A stretch of DNA of 64,000 bases from an uncultured Desulfobacterales bacterium. Its GTDB lineage: Bacteria; Desulfobacterota; DSM-4660; Desulfatiglandales; JALVZP01. Below, piece by piece: positions 1 to 12,871 of the stretch (its first letter is position 1; the number at the start of each line of letters is the position of its first letter). The stretch spans positions 5,970 to 69,969 of the forward strand of contig CAYMUI010000034.1 in NCBI GenBank assembly GCA_964393645.1, written 5' to 3'. The notes beneath the pieces were generated by a model. It was given only the letters and a program-made list of their open reading frames with translations. It did no database searches and was not told the origin of the DNA. A program made the translations under genes and the position numbers.

Positions 1-2002
1 CTGTCTTCTTCCACCTCGTTCTGCTGGTCTCGTATCTTCCGCAGTCTCCTCCCCATATGCTTTTTCTTCCACCAAAATCGTATATCTTTAGTTTGCACTG
101 ATTAGAACAGCTGGGATCTGCGTTACATATCTTCTCCACATACTCCATCTTGTCATTTATAGCGCTTTCCAGTCCTCTAAAACTGCTTTCTTTTTTGCCT
201 TCCTGTTCCATCATCTCCTGCACACTAATAGCTGCACCGTATGCCCCTAAAACCTCTCTATGGGGTGGCACAAGGATCTCCCTTCCAAGGACATTTTCAA
301 ATGCAGCCACCACTGCTTTGTTAAGAGAAGGGCCTCCCAAAAACATTATCCTTTTGCCGATCTTTCTTCTTCCTACTACCCTGTTTAAGTAATTGTAAAC
401 TATAGCATAACATAAACCTGCCATAAGATCTTTTATGTCAATGCCTCTTTGATGATATGAAACCAAATCAGATTCCATAAATACCGTACACCTTTCTGTA
501 AGTCTTACCGGTGCATCAGATGAAAGAGCTATCTCTTGAAATTCCCCCACTATGTTTATTCCGTATTTATTGGCAAGTTCGTGTAAAAAACTTCCTGTTC
601 CCGCTGCACACACCTTGTTCATGTCAAAGTCGAGAGGATGTCTATTTTGGATGTATATGTATTTTGAATCTTGCCCGCCTATCTCGAATATAGTGTCCAC
701 ATCGGGATCTATCTCTACAGCACCTCTTGCATGTGCTGTTATCTCGTCTATTATCAGATCTGCGTTCAGAAAATCGCCCACTACATTTCTGCCAGATCCG
801 GTAGTAGCAACACCTATTATTTCTACCTTATCACCCACTTCCTCCTTTATCACTTTTAAAAGATGTTGAGTTACTTCTATGGGTCTTCCCTGAGTGGGAA
901 CATAACATTTGTGAACTATTTCTCTATTTGTGTTTATAAGAGCATACTTTGTGGAAGTAGAACCTATATCAATCCCAAGAAACACTTTTTCTCTTTTAGA
1001 TATAGGAACAAGTTTTATTTCCTCTGGTTCTGGAAAATGGGTAAACCTTAATCTGAGCTTTGGTGCAGTAGGAACAAGCTCCGTCTGTTCTTTTCTCATA
1101 GAATCTAACCTGTCCAGATCAAAGCCTGACATAAGCTTAGAGCCTTGTTCTTCCGCTTTATCCTGTCTTAACACCTGTAAGGCAACCCCGATTGCACCTA
1201 TGGAAGTGCTGAACGGAGGAACTATCAGATTTGGAAAATATTCTTTAAATGCTTTTACCTGGAGTTTATTTAAAGAGAGTCCTCCTATAAAAATTATTGG
1301 CTCCTTAAGAGTGCGGGTCCCAACAATTGTGCTTATGTAATTTCTGGCGTTACCTATGTGCAGCCCGTATATAATATCTTCTAATTTCTCTCCTCTATTC
1401 TGCAAGTGAATCATGTCTGATTTCGTAAATACGGTACATCTACAGGCAACGCTTGCCGGTCTATCACTTTTTAAGCCAAACTCGATAAAATCTTTTAATA
1501 CATCATCAATCTGTTCCTGAGAAATACGCACATCCTCGGAGTACATCGAAGTGGCAAGCCTTTGGGCTTGCTGATCAATAAACGAGCCTGTTCCAGAAGC
1601 ACACGGGCCGTTGGCATTAAAATATTCCAGCTCCCAACCTGAATCTGTGTGATTAATCTGAAATAGTTCTGTATCCTGCCCGCCCATAGATATGATGGTT
1701 CTTACATTAGGCACCACCTTCAATGCACCCAGTACCTGACTTATGGTGTCAAACTCATAATGGGTGTTCAGCCTCTTGCTTAGCTTTCTTCCATGATTAC
1801 CAGTAAAAGATATAGCTCGGATATTATCTTTTCCAAACTTTTCATATATCTCCTCTACCAGCTTAAATACAACCTCTTCTATCCTTCCAAAATGCCTTCT
1901 GTAAGGAGCTTCATACACTATATCTTCATTTTGATCGACCACCACACAATTTACGCTTACCGAACCTGCATCTATACCCACATAAAATTGCTTCCTGCTC
2001 AT
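1..2002 (-). CDS. BadF/BadG/BcrA/BcrD-type ATPase, 2-hydroxyacyl-CoA dehydratase activase-like; N-terminal ~667 codons only, 3' end runs off the window
   Basis: Absent from the ORF track because it has no stop inside the window. Manual minus-strand translation from ATG 2002..2000 gives MSRKQFYVGIDAGSVSVNCVVV. A second in-frame KVFLGIDIGSTSTKYALIN motif (codons ending near 931) indicates two tandem ASKHA-type activase domains. The plus-strand ORFs at 150-1340 are low-complexity antisense shadows. Its ATG overlaps the upstream gene's stop as ATGA. Confidence 0.7.
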   Translation of the reverse strand, partial: MSRKQFYVGIDAGSVSVNCVVVDQNEDIVYEAPYRRHFGRIEEVVFKLVEEIYEKFGKDNIRAISFTGNHGRKLSKRLNTHYEFDTISQVLGALKVVPNVRTIISMGGQDTELFQINHTDSGWELEYFNANGPCASGTGSFIDQQAQRLATSMYSEDVRISQEQIDDVLKDFIEFGLKSDRPASVACRCTVFTKSDMIHLQNRGEKLEDIIYGLHIGNARNYISTIVGTRTLKEPIIFIGGLSLNKLQVKAFKEYFPNLIVPPFSTSIGAIGVALQVLRQDKAEEQGSKLMSGFDLDRLDSMRKEQTELVPTAPKLRLRFTHFPEPEEIKLVPISKREKVFLGIDIGSTSTKYALINTNREIVHKCYVPTQGRPIEVTQHLLKVIKEEVGDKVEIIGVATTGSGRNVVGDFLNADLIIDEITAHARGAVEIDPDVDTIFEIGGQDSKYIYIQNRHPLDFDMNKVCAAGTGSFLHELANKYGINIVGEFQEIALSSDAPVRLTERCTVFMESDLVSYHQRGIDIKDLMAGLCYAIVYNYLNRVVGRRKIGKRIMFLGGPSLNKAVVAAFENVLGREILVPPHREVLGAYGAAISVQEMMEQEGKKESSFRGLESAINDKMEYVEKICNADPSCSNQCKLKIYDFGGRKSIWGGDCGRYETSRTRWKKT

Positions 2003-2955
2003 CTTTGCCCTTCCTTTGAAACATAATAAGTATCACCCAAGTGTTCATATTCGGAGATCATGCCCTTTATCAAGAGCCCCTTTATTATGGAACGAACCAC
2101 ACTTGTATCTACTCCTAAGGCATCTGAAATATCTTTGTCCCTCACAGGTCTTCTTTTTATCATCTCTAAAATAGCCTGCGTGATATCTCCTTTAACTTCT
2201 TTGAAGGCAGACCTGTAAGTGTGAGCTATTATCTCTGCCTTACTGCCTAAAAACTTGCGGATCTTTTCCAGTCCCTCTCTGTCTACCGCAGTTACCACCC
2301 TTTCTGAGGGTGGTCTTACCGGCGTGTTTATTTGTATCTTTTCAGGATTTATTTTGTCAATCACCTCTTTTAATGGGTTCAATTCATCTTCATTATCATT
2401 TATTCCCTTTAACACAAATAGTTCTAAAAAGATCTTTCCTTTGTATTCACTTCTCAATCTGATCAACCCATCTATTACCTTTTCTATGCTTAACACAGGG
2501 TGAGGTCTGTGAATAAGTTTATATGTCTTTTCAAATATACTCGTAATAGTGGGAAGTATTATATCCACGCCCAGTACTTTTCTTCTTACTTCATCCCTCC
2601 ACAAAAGAGAACCATTTGTGAGAAGGGCAATCTTGGTATCCGTTATCTTTTTTATCTCATATACAAGCTCGTCCAACTTGTTATAAAGGGTTGGCTCTCC
2701 AGAGCCAGAAAAGGTGATCACATCAAAAGAGTCAGATAACACTCTTTTTCTAAGCTGTGACAATATATCTTCTACAGGAAAGAATTCTTTGCACTCCACA
2801 GTCTTATTTGTGGTTCTTCCCACTTGACAATATATACAATCGTAAGTGCAGGTTTTGAAAGGTACGAGATCTATCCCCAAGGAAAGACCCAACCTTCTGG
2901 AGGGAACAGGACCAAATATACGAGAATCAGTGGGCTTCATCCCAATTTTTTCCAA
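1999..2955 (-). CDS. radical SAM protein
   Basis: 318 aa with a CTYDCIYC (CxxxCxxC) cluster motif after GPVPSRRLGLSLGIDL. Its 3' end is translationally coupled (ATGA) to the activase-like gene. Its 5' end overlaps the polA stop by 29 nt. Confidence 0.85.
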   Translation of the reverse strand: MEKIGMKPTDSRIFGPVPSRRLGLSLGIDLVPFKTCTYDCIYCQVGRTTNKTVECKEFFPVEDILSQLRKRVLSDSFDVITFSGSGEPTLYNKLDELVYEIKKITDTKIALLTNGSLLWRDEVRRKVLGVDIILPTITSIFEKTYKLIHRPHPVLSIEKVIDGLIRLRSEYKGKIFLELFVLKGINDNEDELNPLKEVIDKINPEKIQINTPVRPPSERVVTAVDREGLEKIRKFLGSKAEIIAHTYRSAFKEVKGDITQAILEMIKRRPVRDKDISDALGVDTSVVRSIIKGLLIKGMISEYEHLGDTYYVSKEGQR

Positions 2956-5605
2956 CGCTTATATCTACTTTCAAGGGCACACGCATCGGGTAAACCCCTT
3001 CCATTTCTTCCTTTACCATATTTTTTACCTTTTGCACATCCTTTTCAGGCACTTCAAAAACCAACTCATCATGTACTTGCATGATCATTTTTGTAAGAGA
3101 ACTTTCTCTCTTAATCCTTTCGTGAATATTAATCATGGCTTTCTTTATAAGATCAGCAGCAGTTCCCTGGATAGGAGTATTTATTGCCATCCTTTCTGCT
3201 TCTGATCTGATTCTGTGGTTTTCACTATTTATGTCTGGCAAGTATCTTCGTCTGTTAAAAAGAGTGGTAACATAGCCGTTTTTTCTGGCAAATTCTATTA
3301 TATTTTCCCTAAATTTTGCTACTCCTTTGTACTTTTCATAATATCTATCTATGTATTCCTTTGCTTTTTTGTAGTCTATTTCTATCTCTTCACTTAATCT
3401 CTTAGGACCCATTCCGTAAATTATTCCAAAGTTTATTGCCTTTGCAATCCTTCTTTCCTCAGCAGTTACCTCCCTTCCTTTTACTCCCAGCACTTCCTTA
3501 GCGGTTTTGGTATGAATGTCCTCATCGTTTTTAAAAGCATTTATTAACTCTTCATCGTTTGAATAATGAGCAAGGATCCTGAGTTCTATTTGACTGTAAT
3601 CAGCAGACATCAGCAGATACCCATCTTCTGCTATAAAAGCCTTTCTTATCTGTCTTCCTTCCGGATCTCTTATTGGTATGTTTTGAAGGTTTGGATCACT
3701 GCTGCTCAGCCTCCCAGTTGCAGTAACGGTCTGGTTATAAGAAGTGTGAATCCTGTGGGTCTCAGGATCAGCCATACTTATCAGGGCATCCAAGTAAGTA
3801 GACTTTAACTTAGATATTGTTCTGTACTGAAGCACAAGGGATGGTACTTTGCTGTTATATGCACACAACTTTTTTAACACACTTACATCGGTAGAATATC
3901 TCTTTGTCTTTTGCGTCTTTTTTAAAGTGGGAAGTTTTAGCTTCTCAAAAAGAACAAATCCGAGCTGTTGAGAAGAATTTATGTTAAAGCGCATTCCTGC
4001 TTCTTTGTAAATCTCTTCTTCTATCTCTCTTAGTCTATTCTCGAACTCCACGGACAATTTTCGTAAAAGATCCACATCAACTTTTACTCCGGCCATTTCC
4101 ATGTCCATAAGGACGGGAACAAGCCTCATCTCTATATTGTAGAATAGCTCTTCATTTTTATCTTCTTTCAGCTTTTTTTCTAATATGTCTTTAAGTCTTA
4201 AAGTATAGTCCGCATCCTCACACGAATACTTAACAGCAGTGTCAATACTTACTTGAGAAAAATCTTTTATTCCTTTTACTACCACTTCTTTGTATCCTAT
4301 CATCTTGTGGCCAAGATAGTATTCAGTTAGGTAGTCCAAATTATGTTGTCTTAGGCCAGGATTTATTACATAAGAGGCGATCATGGTGTCAAAGTGTATC
4401 CCTTTAAGTTCAATCCCATGAAGTCTCAATACTTCGGCATCATATTTTATGTTGTGACCTATCTTCTTTATGTCTTCATCTTCCAATATCTTTTTAAGAG
4501 GTTCTCTAATTTCGTCTAAGTTCAATTGTTTTTGAATTCCTAAGTAATTATGAGCTACAGGCAGATAATATCCCTTACCTTGCTCCCAAGACATGGATAT
4601 ACCCACAAGTTTTGCTTTAAAAGGATTTTCACTTGTTGTTTCGGTATCAACTGAAACAAAACCTTTTTTCTTCACATCCTCGACTATTCTGTTTAGAAGC
4701 TCGAGATCATCACACACCCTGTAATCAGTCTTTTCCTCTTTTCTGGAAATAAACTGACTCAAAAGCTCTCTAAACTCAAGCTCTCTGAATATCTGCACCA
4801 GACCTTCTCTGTCAGGCTCTTTTATTTTCAGCATATCAATATCCCAATCTATAGCAACATCACTATTTATCCGGGCAAGTTCTCTGCTTAAGAAAGCAGA
4901 GTCTTTGTATTTTATAAGGTTTTCTTTGAGCTTTCTTTGAGTTATTTTGCTTATGTTCTCGTATATCCCTTCTAACGAACCAAATTCTCTTATCAGTTTG
5001 ACAGCCGTTTTTTCTCCAATACCTGGGACTCCGGGAATGTTATCAATGCTATCTCCTGCCAGCGCCAAGACATCCACATACTTAGACGGTTCAAAACCAA
5101 GCTCTTTTTTTAGCTTTTCATAATCGGTCTTCTCATCTTTCATAGTATCCCAAATAACAGTATCAGGGGTAACAAGCTGCTTGAAATCTTTATCTCCTGT
5201 AACCAAAACTACTTTAAAACCATTTTCTTGGCATCTTTTTGACAGAGTAGCAATTATATCGTCTGCCTCATATCCTTCTAACTCAACTATTTTTATTCCC
5301 AGCTTATTAACTATCTCCTTTATCTTTGGAATCTGTACACTTAGATCTTCAGGCGTAGGAGGGCGATTTGCCTTGTAGTCAGAATATATCTTGTGTCTAA
5401 AAGTAGGACCTTTTGCATCCAGCGCAACCACCATATACTCTGGCTTTTCTTCGGATAAAAGCTTTATGAGCATTCTGGTAAACACATATATAGCATTGGT
5501 GGGAAACCCTTTTGAATTAGACAAAGAACCTACCGCGTGATATGCACGGTGTATATAAGAAGTTCCATCTATTAAGTAAACGGTCTTTTTATCTGGCATA
5601 TTCAA
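2927..5605 (-). CDS. polA: DNA polymerase I
   Basis: 892 aa with an N-terminal 5'-nuclease domain. 3'-5' exonuclease motifs: [27 protein letters not shown]. Polymerase motifs: [31 protein letters not shown]. Confidence 0.97.
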   Translation of the reverse strand: MNMPDKKTVYLIDGTSYIHRAYHAVGSLSNSKGFPTNAIYVFTRMLIKLLSEEKPEYMVVALDAKGPTFRHKIYSDYKANRPPTPEDLSVQIPKIKEIVNKLGIKIVELEGYEADDIIATLSKRCQENGFKVVLVTGDKDFKQLVTPDTVIWDTMKDEKTDYEKLKKELGFEPSKYVDVLALAGDSIDNIPGVPGIGEKTAVKLIREFGSLEGIYENISKITQRKLKENLIKYKDSAFLSRELARINSDVAIDWDIDMLKIKEPDREGLVQIFRELEFRELLSQFISRKEEKTDYRVCDDLELLNRIVEDVKKKGFVSVDTETTSENPFKAKLVGISMSWEQGKGYYLPVAHNYLGIQKQLNLDEIREPLKKILEDEDIKKIGHNIKYDAEVLRLHGIELKGIHFDTMIASYVINPGLRQHNLDYLTEYYLGHKMIGYKEVVVKGIKDFSQVSIDTAVKYSCEDADYTLRLKDILEKKLKEDKNEELFYNIEMRLVPVLMDMEMAGVKVDVDLLRKLSVEFENRLREIEEEIYKEAGMRFNINSSQQLGFVLFEKLKLPTLKKTQKTKRYSTDVSVLKKLCAYNSKVPSLVLQYRTISKLKSTYLDALISMADPETHRIHTSYNQTVTATGRLSSSDPNLQNIPIRDPEGRQIRKAFIAEDGYLLMSADYSQIELRILAHYSNDEELINAFKNDEDIHTKTAKEVLGVKGREVTAEERRIAKAINFGIIYGMGPKRLSEEIEIDYKKAKEYIDRYYEKYKGVAKFRENIIEFARKNGYVTTLFNRRRYLPDINSENHRIRSEAERMAINTPIQGTAADLIKKAMINIHERIKRESSLTKMIMQVHDELVFEVPEKDVQKVKNMVKEEMEGVYPMRVPLKVDISVGKNWDEAH

Positions 5606-7151
5606 TAGCCCTTGTCTCTCTAATAACAGTAACCTTTATCTGACCTGGATAGGTCAATTCCTTTTCTATTTTTTTCGCGATATCCTTGCAGATCATATAC
5701 GCCTCATCGTCACTTACCATGTCCCCTTCTACAATTACTCTAAGCTCCCTGCCAGCTTGAATAGCATAGGCTTTTACCACTCCCTTGAAAGACAAGGCAA
5801 TCTCTTCCAGATTCTTTAACCTTTTTATATATGTCTCAAGCATTTCTTTTCTTGCCCCTGGCCTTGCACCTGAAAGAGTATCTGCTGCCTGAACAAGAAT
5901 CGCCAAGATGCTTTTAGGAGGCACATCTTCGTGATGGGCAGCAATAGCGTGAACCACTTCTTCAGATTCTCCGTATTTTTTTGCCAGATCAGCACCTATA
6001 AGTGCGTGAGGGCCTTCTACTTCATGATCCACTGCTTTCCCAATGTCATGTAATAATCCTGCTCTCTTTGCTTGTTTTACATCCATTCCAAGCTCAGACG
6101 CCATTATGCCACATATGAAACTTACTTCTATGGAATGTTGCAGCACATTTTGGGCGTAACTGGATCTGTACTTAAGCCTTCCCAAAAGTCTTATGAGTTC
6201 GGGATGGATTCCGTGCACTCCTACATCAAAAGCGGCTCTTTCCCCTGCTTCTTTGATAGCTTCCTCCACCTCTTCTGTTACCTTTGCTACTACCTCCTCA
6301 ATCCTGGCAGGATGAATTCTTCCATCGTATATAAGCCTTTCTAAGGCGATTTTGGCCACCTCTCTTCTTATAGGATTGAATCCAGACAGTATCACCGCTT
6401 CTGGGGTGTCATCTATAATAACATCAACCCCTGTAGCAGCCTCTATAGCTCTTATGTTTCTCCCTTCTCTTCCTATTATTCTGCCTTTCATCTCTTCATT
6501 GGGTAAATGAACCACAGAAACCGTTTGTTCCGCCACATATTCACCAGCATACCTCTTTATGGCAAGAGCGAGAATCTCTTTTGCTTTTTTATCAGCCTCT
6601 ACTTTTGCCTCGGTTTCTATTTTACGAACCAACTTTGCTGCCTCATTCTTCGCCTCTTCTTCCATGGACTTTATAAGAAGTTCTTTAGCCTCTTCCTTGG
6701 ACATTCCGGCTAAGGATTCTAACTGTCTTTTTTGCTCATTTTTTAACTCCTCTATCTGTCTCCTTTCCTCTTCTAACTTTTTAATGATTTCCTCTACCTC
6801 TTTTTCCTTTTGTGCAACCCTTTCTTCTCTCTTTTCTATTTGATCTAACTTTTTGTCTATACTCTCCTCTTTGTGCATCAGTCTTTTTTCTTGAAGTAGG
6901 AGCTGCTCTCTTTTATCTTTTGCCTCCTTTTCAAATTCCATCTTCATTTGATACAAGAGGTCTTTTGCTTTTAGCTCTGCCTCTTTTTTTATATTATCCG
7001 CTTCCTTTTGAGCTTGAGAAATCAGCTTTTTTGAATACTCCTCCAACTTTTCAAGCTTGCTTTCTACAAGCTTCTTTCTCACTAAAAAGCCTATAGGGAT
7101 GCCTAATATAAACCCTAACCCCACAAAAATAACCACATGTGCACCTGTCAT
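5589..7151 (-). CDS. rny: ribonuclease Y
   Basis: 520 aa with an N-terminal TM helix, a long Lys/Glu coiled coil, a KH motif ([15 protein letters not shown]) and an HD domain (HSIEV...LLHDIGK). Confidence 0.95.
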   Translation of the reverse strand: MTGAHVVIFVGLGFILGIPIGFLVRKKLVESKLEKLEEYSKKLISQAQKEADNIKKEAELKAKDLLYQMKMEFEKEAKDKREQLLLQEKRLMHKEESIDKKLDQIEKREERVAQKEKEVEEIIKKLEEERRQIEELKNEQKRQLESLAGMSKEEAKELLIKSMEEEAKNEAAKLVRKIETEAKVEADKKAKEILALAIKRYAGEYVAEQTVSVVHLPNEEMKGRIIGREGRNIRAIEAATGVDVIIDDTPEAVILSGFNPIRREVAKIALERLIYDGRIHPARIEEVVAKVTEEVEEAIKEAGERAAFDVGVHGIHPELIRLLGRLKYRSSYAQNVLQHSIEVSFICGIMASELGMDVKQAKRAGLLHDIGKAVDHEVEGPHALIGADLAKKYGESEEVVHAIAAHHEDVPPKSILAILVQAADTLSGARPGARKEMLETYIKRLKNLEEIALSFKGVVKAYAIQAGRELRVIVEGDMVSDDEAYMICKDIAKKIEKELTYPGQIKVTVIRETRAIEYAR

Positions 7152-7332
7152 CTTGTATCACCCCTTAAATATTTTATTTAAGGAGCAGGCAAGTTAGGAG
7201 AGGATATAGGGAAATGAGAAAAGGATACGATAAGTGTTTAAATCAACAATTGATTTTGGTTTATAGGCAATTAACATTTTTTCTTTACTAATTTGAGTGA
7301 CTTTAAAAGTCTTAATTATATCAAAGGGTTTT

Positions 7333-7617
7333 TTATTCCCCTATGTCCTCTCCAATAGCAGAGTCTATACTATAACTTATTGCCTGCACCTTTTTTTGTC
7401 TTTTTATTTCTTCCTTTAATAATTTTAAATATTCACTTGCTATCTCAAAAGCAGCCAGTATAGCGATCTTTTTTTCTGTAAGCCCCTGCACCGAGTTTCT
7501 TATTTCTCTGCATTTTTCATCCACAAACTGAGCTACCTCTATTATTTCTGTTCTATCCAAATCACTCTCTATTATATATTCGTTATCTAAGATCCTAATT
7601 CTCACTCTATTTGGCAC
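7333..7617 (-). CDS. zapA: cell division protein ZapA
   Basis: 94 aa. N-terminal VRIRILDNEYIIESD and a C-terminal coiled coil, typical ZapA size and layout. Lies 3 nt after the preceding coiled-coil gene. Confidence 0.75.
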   Translation of the reverse strand: MPNRVRIRILDNEYIIESDLDRTEIIEVAQFVDEKCREIRNSVQGLTEKKIAILAAFEIASEYLKLLKEEIKRQKKVQAISYSIDSAIGEDIGE

Positions 7618-7620
7618 ATC

Positions 7621-7917
7621 CTATTCCCCATTCTCTTCCGTATCTATCTGATCAATTTTGCTTAATACATAACTGATCCTCTCTCTGGCTCTCTCCTTGT
7701 CTGCTTGAAGTCTTTCTACTTGTTCTCTTAACTCCATTATAAGCTGCTCTTGATCTTGGACTTTCTTTTCTAAAGAGATTTTGTCCTGCTTTAACTTATT
7801 TACGAGCCTAATAAGACGGTCAATCTTTTCCTCTAATAACTGAAACTGGTCCGTTTCTTCTATTGTATTCTCTACTTTTTCTTGCTCACTTATATATTCT
7901 TCCATATACATATTCAC
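7621..7917 (-). CDS. ZapB-like coiled-coil cell division protein
   Basis: 98 aa, almost entirely heptad-like Glu/Lys/Leu/Gln coiled coil, directly upstream of zapA. GAAAGGAG RBS at 7918-7925 (minus strand). Confidence 0.55.
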   Translation of the reverse strand: MNMYMEEYISEQEKVENTIEETDQFQLLEEKIDRLIRLVNKLKQDKISLEKKVQDQEQLIMELREQVERLQADKERARERISYVLSKIDQIDTEENGE

Positions 7918-7945
7918 ACTCCTTTCAATTTTTTTATACAGAATT

Positions 7946-7973
7946 ATAATATCCTTTACAGATTAAAAGTCAA
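7946..7973 (-). promoter_or_regulatory. sigma-70-type promoter for zapB-zapA
   Basis: Minus strand reads TTGACT (7973..7968), a 16-nt spacer, then TATTAT (7951..7946). It sits about 30 nt upstream of the zapB-like ATG. Confidence 0.5.
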
Positions 7974-7974
7974 C

Positions 7975-8009
7975 AAAAAAGGCAAGTCTTTAAAAAGACT
8001 TGCCTTTTT
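7975..8009. terminator. bidirectional rho-independent terminator (ends the atp operon)
   Basis: Perfect 10-bp stem GGCAAGTCTT / AAGACTTGCC (7981-7990 / 7995-8004) with a 4-nt loop. It is flanked by A6 upstream and T5 downstream, so a U-tract follows on either strand. It lies 28 nt after the atpC stop. Confidence 0.85.
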
Positions 8010-8036
8010 CTCGCTTTTTTGTCTTTTAGTTTTTAG

Positions 8037-8447
8037 TTACTCTTTAATCCTTCCGGCTACTTTCAGCCTTGCCATTGCTCTTCTTAAGGCTGCTTCAGCT
8101 CTTGCAATATCCACCCCTTCTTTCTGTTCTAACCTCTTCTGAGCTCTCTCTAACGCCCTTTTTGCTCTTTCTACATCTATTTCCTCTGCTTTCTCTGCAG
8201 CATCTACCAAAATAGAAACCCTGTTATTAGAAACTTCGGCAAAACCCTCCATTACAGCACAGTATTCTGTTTTACCATTCACGGTATATCTCAACTCTCC
8301 TGGCACTATACCGGACAGAAACGCTACATGATCTTCCAGTACCCCAAACTCTCCTTCAATTCCAGGAGCAACCACCATGTCTACTTCTTTACTTACCAAT
8401 ACCTTATCGGGTGTGATTACCTCCAAAAATATTTTTCCCATGTTCAA
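8037..8447 (-). CDS. atpC: F0F1 ATP synthase subunit epsilon
   Basis: 136 aa. LEVITPDKVL... beta-sandwich followed by a C-terminal helical hairpin. Position after atpD. Confidence 0.93.
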   Translation of the reverse strand: MNMGKIFLEVITPDKVLVSKEVDMVVAPGIEGEFGVLEDHVAFLSGIVPGELRYTVNGKTEYCAVMEGFAEVSNNRVSILVDAAEKAEEIDVERAKRALERAQKRLEQKEGVDIARAEAALRRAMARLKVAGRIKE

Positions 8448-8456
8448 AACCCCTTT

Positions 8457-9908
<1,452 letters not shown>

Positions 9909-10784
9909 TTATGCCTTCTTTAAAGCCTCTGCTCCGCCTACAATATCCATAAGTTCTGCTGTAATGGCAGCCTGTCTGGCTTTATTGTATAGAAGGGTAA
10001 GGTCCTGAATAAGCTCTCCACAATTCTTAGTAGCATTGTCCATAGCAGTCATACGAGCCGCATGTTCACTGGTTTCATTCTGAAAAAAAGCATTCATTAT
10101 TTGAACACTTATATGCTTAGGTAAGAGCTGAATCAAAAGCTCTTCTGGCCCTGGCTCACATACATATTCTCCACCTTTTGCCTTTTCAATTTCTACTTCC
10201 GGAGGTTCTACCGGAATAAGCTTAACCATGGTGGGTTCTTGCCTAAGCATACTGATAAATCTACTGAATATCATATTTACTTCGTCAACTTCTTCCATTA
10301 AGTAGCTGTTTATAATTTTATCAATGAGCTGGTTTATAAATTTCATATCTACTTTTCCGTATATGTTCACATAACTTTCTCGAATGTTAAACCCTTTTTT
10401 TGAAAAATAATCTCTACCTTTTTTCCCAATAAGGATTAAGTCACACTTAATACCCTTTTCTTCCTGGTCTTTTATCCATTCTTCCGCCTTGTTTATCAAG
10501 TTGGTATTAAAACTGCCACACAACCCTCTGTCAGCAGTAAATAAAATCAAAAGACTTCTTCTTATCTCCTCCCTTTTCACTAAAAGGGGATGAATATCGG
10601 GTTCTATCCTGCTGGCTATATGTCCTAACACCTCGCTAAACTTTTCAGAATAAGGGGCAAAACTTTCCGCGCGAGCCTGAACTCTCCGCAACTTAGCAGC
10701 TGCCACCATGTTCATTGCTCTTGTAATCTGCATTGTCTTTCTAACAGCAGCAATCTTTCTTTGAATATCCTTTAATTTTGCCAT
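9909..10784 (-). CDS. atpG: F0F1 ATP synthase subunit gamma
   Basis: 291 aa. N-terminal LKDIQRKIAAVRKTMQITRAM and C-terminal ITAELMDIVGGAEAL. Confidence 0.96.
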   Translation of the reverse strand: MAKLKDIQRKIAAVRKTMQITRAMNMVAAAKLRRVQARAESFAPYSEKFSEVLGHIASRIEPDIHPLLVKREEIRRSLLILFTADRGLCGSFNTNLINKAEEWIKDQEEKGIKCDLILIGKKGRDYFSKKGFNIRESYVNIYGKVDMKFINQLIDKIINSYLMEEVDEVNMIFSRFISMLRQEPTMVKLIPVEPPEVEIEKAKGGEYVCEPGPEELLIQLLPKHISVQIMNAFFQNETSEHAARMTAMDNATKNCGELIQDLTLLYNKARQAAITAELMDIVGGAEALKKA

Positions 10785-10796
10785 AATTCAATTCCC

Positions 10797-12329
10797 CTAT
10801 TCAGAAACACTCGGTTGAAATACATTTCTAAATTCGTCTAATGCTTTTCTTAACTTCTGATCTAATTCATCGCTTATGTCACCTGTCTCTTTGATCTCTC
10901 TCAGGATTTCAGGATATTTCGTTTCCAAAAACTCCAACATCTGTTTTTCATACTCTGATATTGCCTCTACAGGCCATTCATCTAAGTAACCATTTGTTCC
11001 AGCAAAAAGTATTGCAACCTGTTTCTCCACAGGCATCGGCTGATATTGGGGTTGCTTCAGTATCTCTACCAATCTCTGACCTCTGGCAAGCTGTTTCTGA
11101 GTCGCTTCATCTAAGTCACTACCAAACTGAGCAAATGCCTCCAGTTCTCTATATTGAGCCATTTCTAACCTTAAGGTTCCTGCCACCTTTTTCATAGCCT
11201 TGGTTTGAGCCGCACCACCAACTCTTGAGACAGAAAGTCCCACATTAATTGCAGGCCTTATACCCGCAAAGAACAGCCCGGGTTCTAAGTAAACCTGACC
11301 GTCAGTAATAGAAATCACATTTGTCGGAATATATGCCGAAACATCTCCTGCCAATGTCTCCACAATAGGCAGTGCAGTAAGAGAACCTCCACCTTTTTCA
11401 TCGCTCAACTTCGCTGCCCTTTCCAATAGTCTGGAATGGTTATAGAAGATATCTCCTGGATACGCTTCACGGCCTGGCGGACGTCTTAACAGCAAAGACA
11501 CCTGCCTGTACGCCTGCGCCTGTTTTGAAAGATCGTCATACACAATTAAAGCGTGTCTTCCTGTGTCTCTATAATACTCTCCTATGGCGCAACCTGCATA
11601 TGGAGCTATGTACTGAAGAGTAGCTGGATCACTGGCACAAGCAGCTACCACAGTAGTATATTCCATTGCTCCGTATCTGGTAAGTATATCCACCACCTGA
11701 GCCACAGTGGACTTTTTCTGTCCAATAGCAACATAAATGCAGAAGATATCACTATCCTTTTGATTTATTATAGCATCTATACAGATAGCTGTCTTTCCGA
11801 TCTGTCTGTCCCCAATGATTAACTCTCTCTGTCCCCTACCTATGGGTGTCATCGCGTCTATGGCCTTGATTCCCGTATACATTGGCTCGTTCACAGGTTG
11901 TCTTTCAACCACACCCGGAGCAATCCTTTCTATTCTTCTGAATTCCTTTGCTTCTATGGGTCCCTTTCCATCTAATGGTCTTCCTACAGGATCTATTACT
12001 CTCCCGATTACTGCTTCACCAACTGGAATTTCTGCAATTCTTCCGGTCCTCTTTACTATGTCTCCCTCTTTTATGTGAGTATCCTCTCCCATAATCGCTA
12101 CACCGACATTATCCTCTTCCAAGTTTAAACAGATACCATAGATTCCACCGGGAAACTCCACCATTTCCATTGCCATAGCATTCTCCAACCCATAAACACG
12201 AGCTATACCGTCACCCACAGAGATAACCGTTCCTGTTTCTCTTAAATCTATCCTTTTTTCATAATGTTTAATTTGATCTCTAATGACCTTGCTTATTTCT
12301 TCTGCTCTTATCTCTACCATTATCTCCAC
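10797..12329 (-). CDS. atpA: F0F1 ATP synthase subunit alpha
   Basis: 510 aa with Walker A GDRQIGKT and strong alpha-subunit similarity throughout. The start may be the fourth codon (M at 12320). Confidence 0.98.
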   Translation of the reverse strand: MEIMVEIRAEEISKVIRDQIKHYEKRIDLRETGTVISVGDGIARVYGLENAMAMEMVEFPGGIYGICLNLEEDNVGVAIMGEDTHIKEGDIVKRTGRIAEIPVGEAVIGRVIDPVGRPLDGKGPIEAKEFRRIERIAPGVVERQPVNEPMYTGIKAIDAMTPIGRGQRELIIGDRQIGKTAICIDAIINQKDSDIFCIYVAIGQKKSTVAQVVDILTRYGAMEYTTVVAACASDPATLQYIAPYAGCAIGEYYRDTGRHALIVYDDLSKQAQAYRQVSLLLRRPPGREAYPGDIFYNHSRLLERAAKLSDEKGGGSLTALPIVETLAGDVSAYIPTNVISITDGQVYLEPGLFFAGIRPAINVGLSVSRVGGAAQTKAMKKVAGTLRLEMAQYRELEAFAQFGSDLDEATQKQLARGQRLVEILKQPQYQPMPVEKQVAILFAGTNGYLDEWPVEAISEYEKQMLEFLETKYPEILREIKETGDISDELDQKLRKALDEFRNVFQPSVSE

Positions 12330-12871
12330 CCACTCCTTTTTAAAGATTCTTTTAGCCCTTCTAATTGGGCTACTATGCTACCATCTAATATAAGATTTCC
12401 TATTTTTACCACTACTCCGCCTATAATAGACTCATCTATCTCCGTTTCCGCCTTGATCTTCTTTGAAGTAAACTTCTCGAGCGCAGCTATAAGCTTCTCT
12501 AAGGTCTTCTTTCTAATAGGTCTGGCTGTTATAATCTTCGCTCTTGCAATCCCGAGAAATTCGTCCAGAAGAACAGAATAGTACTCTGAAATTTCGAGAA
12601 TCCTGCCTATTCTCTTTCTTTCCACCAGCACTCTCAAAAAGTTATTCACCACTTCAGAAAATCCCGCCTTTTCCAAGACACTGTCCAGAATCTTCATCCT
12701 TTCTTCTATAGAAAATATAGGGCTCGCCAGGACATTGAAGAAATCCTTATTTTCTGAGCACAGCTTAGCAAATTCTTTCAATTCATTGCCGTAGCGCTCG
12801 TAATTCCCGTCTTCTCTTCCTATATCCAACAATGCTTTTGCGTATCTTTTGGCTATCTTGGATATTCTCAA
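12320..12871 (-). CDS. atpH: F0F1 ATP synthase subunit delta (OSCP)
   Basis: 183 aa. [13 protein letters not shown]-terminus and [18 protein letters not shown]-terminus, typical of delta. Confidence 0.92.
   Translation of the reverse strand: MRISKIAKRYAKALLDIGREDGNYERYGNELKEFAKLCSENKDFFNVLASPIFSIEERMKILDSVLEKAGFSEVVNNFLRVLVERKRIGRILEISEYYSVLLDEFLGIARAKIITARPIRKKTLEKLIAALEKFTSKKIKAETEIDESIIGGVVVKIGNLILDGSIVAQLEGLKESLKRSGWR

Noticed and set aside
7152-7332. 6S RNA (ssrS), considered because ssrS follows zapA in E. coli
   Set aside because: The region has the right length. However, I could not find a closing stem pairing its two ends or a central-bubble architecture, and there is no terminator before rny. 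It is treated as an rny 5' UTR instead. An Rfam RF00013 scan would settle it.
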